Source: Moniliella sp. 'wahieum' (taxonomy: Eukaryota). Taken from it: a stretch of DNA of 20,000 nucleotides. The notes beneath the pieces are model-generated. The model saw only the letters and a list, made by a program, of their open reading frames with translations, had not been told where the DNA came from and did no database searches. The stretch's first letter is position 1. Each line of letters starts with the position of its first letter. Shown here piece by piece: positions 18,805 through 20,000 of the stretch. Made by a program: the position numbers and the translations under genes. The stretch covers positions 174,027 through 194,026 of the forward strand of contig RSEE01000114.1 of the NCBI GenBank assembly GCA_003971905.1, given 5' to 3'.

Positions 18805-20000
18805 ATGTCGCGCGGGCGTCCCGACTGGCGCGGCGGCTACGCGTACCCGTCTGCCCCCTTCAGCGCCGGCTCCAAGCGCCCACGCTCTCCCGCCCCCCCC
18901 CGCCCCCATCCGCCCCCACCCCCACGCGGTACGCGGGTATACGCATATGACTATGCTTACTACCCCCGCCCCGCCCCCGCCCCTCCGCCCCATCGGGCTG
19001 GCCGCAGCAGTCTACCCGCGCGAGGGATGGTACGAATACGGCTACGACCTCGACCGCCGTCCGCCTCCCCCTTCCCGCTCTCGTTGTACGGTGACGAGGG
19101 GACGCGTACTACGACCAGCAACGACGCCGCGGTGCTGCCTGGGATGAGTACGACCGTCAACGCCACCGCGACTATTGGGACTACCCTCCTGGTCCCTTCG
19201 CGTTCCGCCCCGCCCGGTCCCACGCCTTCTCTCCCCACCCGCCACGGGTAGGACAAGTGTTTCCTCTGCCCCTTCCCGCCCTCCTAGCCGTGGCGTGCCA
19301 CTCCACCCCCCCCACCCATCCACCGGCCCATCCCCCTCGTTCTGAAGCCGACCTGCGCGCGAGCCTTCTGCCCCCTACTCCTGCTTGCTGCTTTGCTTCT
19401 GCCCTCGCATCTGCTGCGGCTCCAGGGGCTCCTACTTGTTTCTGCTCCTACATATACTCCTGCTCCTGGTCTCGCCCTTGCTCCTACATCTGACTCAGCT
19501 CCCCGGTTCCTCGAACACGAACCCGCCTGAACCGGCACTGGTGGCCGACCCGTACGAGGACGACACCCTGATGACTTTCAAGGGTTGCACATTGGTTCCG
19601 TGCGCGCCAATGGTACACTCCGGGACGCTTCCTCTGGGGACGAAGTGTGGAATGAGTACCAGAACTACCGCGCCATTGTGCTCAAGCGTCAGCTATGGAA
19701 GTTTTCCAAGCGCATCGGGACCAAGCTTGGTTCCAAGAACGTACTCTCTTTCTCCTGAACGTACGCTTCGGCGCAAGACGCAAATTCCAAGGCCGACGCG
19801 GCCACAAGGCACGGTGGCTAGCGGAGCTACGCGACGGCAAGTGGATGCCCTTACCTGGGACGTACGTCCCATTGACGACGATGAGGACAAATCCGACCGC
19901 CGTGTTTCAGGCCCGCAAGTTTTCGTGCCACCACGCGACTGGGACAGCCGCGGGAGATCAGCGGAACGAGAAAGTGGAAGCTACTATGCCGCAACTACTT
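18805..20000 (+). CDS. Hypothetical protein, 5' part (runs off window); Pro/Arg/Tyr-rich N-terminus, frameshifted
   Basis: MSRGRPDWRGGYAYP... Stitched frames give YPREGWYEYGYDLDRR, WDEYDRQRHRDYWDYP, PALVADPYEDD, GDEVWNEYQNYRAIVLKRQLWKFSKRIG, LLNVRFGARRKF...RWLAELRDGKW and WDVRPIDDDEDK. No family recognised. Confidence 0.55.

Noticed and set aside
10500..19900. Many long antisense and alternate-frame ORFs, including poly-Pro, poly-His and poly-Val ORFs near 17320-17390
   Set aside because: Expected shadows of high-GC coding sequence and of the GGT microsatellite.
1..20000. tRNA, rRNA, CRISPR arrays, CAAX pheromone precursors, LTRs
   Set aside because: None found by eye. The tandem repeats lack unique spacers, the GTTCGA-like hits I checked lack cloverleaf context, and I saw no short ORF ending in a convincing CAAX.

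Overview
Fungal genomic DNA, probably basidiomycete (short GT-AG introns with CTAAC/CTGAC branch points and recognisable fungal orthologs), in two compartments. Left (~1-10.3 kb, roughly balanced GC by eye) has no intact host gene. Manual six-frame reading across stops and frameshifts shows about seven decayed paralogs of a Ulp1/SENP-like (peptidase C48) cysteine protease, with remnants of the WLNDE, HW, DSL and QxNxxDCG motifs in canonical order. They form three tail-to-tail groups, each with an acidic 11-aa repeat at the convergence point. A 5'-truncated, still open CRE-clade (RLE) non-LTR retrotransposon (7964-9137, minus) sits in or next to the last paralog. Right (~10.6-20 kb, strongly GC-rich) is gene-dense: histidine acid phosphatase (+), F-box/LRR protein (-), IBA57/CAF17 (-), VFA1-like (+) and the start of an unknown gene (+). 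All carry repeated frameshifts, mostly single missing bases in homopolymers, which look like long-read assembly errors. All protein calls come from motif recognition by eye; no searches were run.
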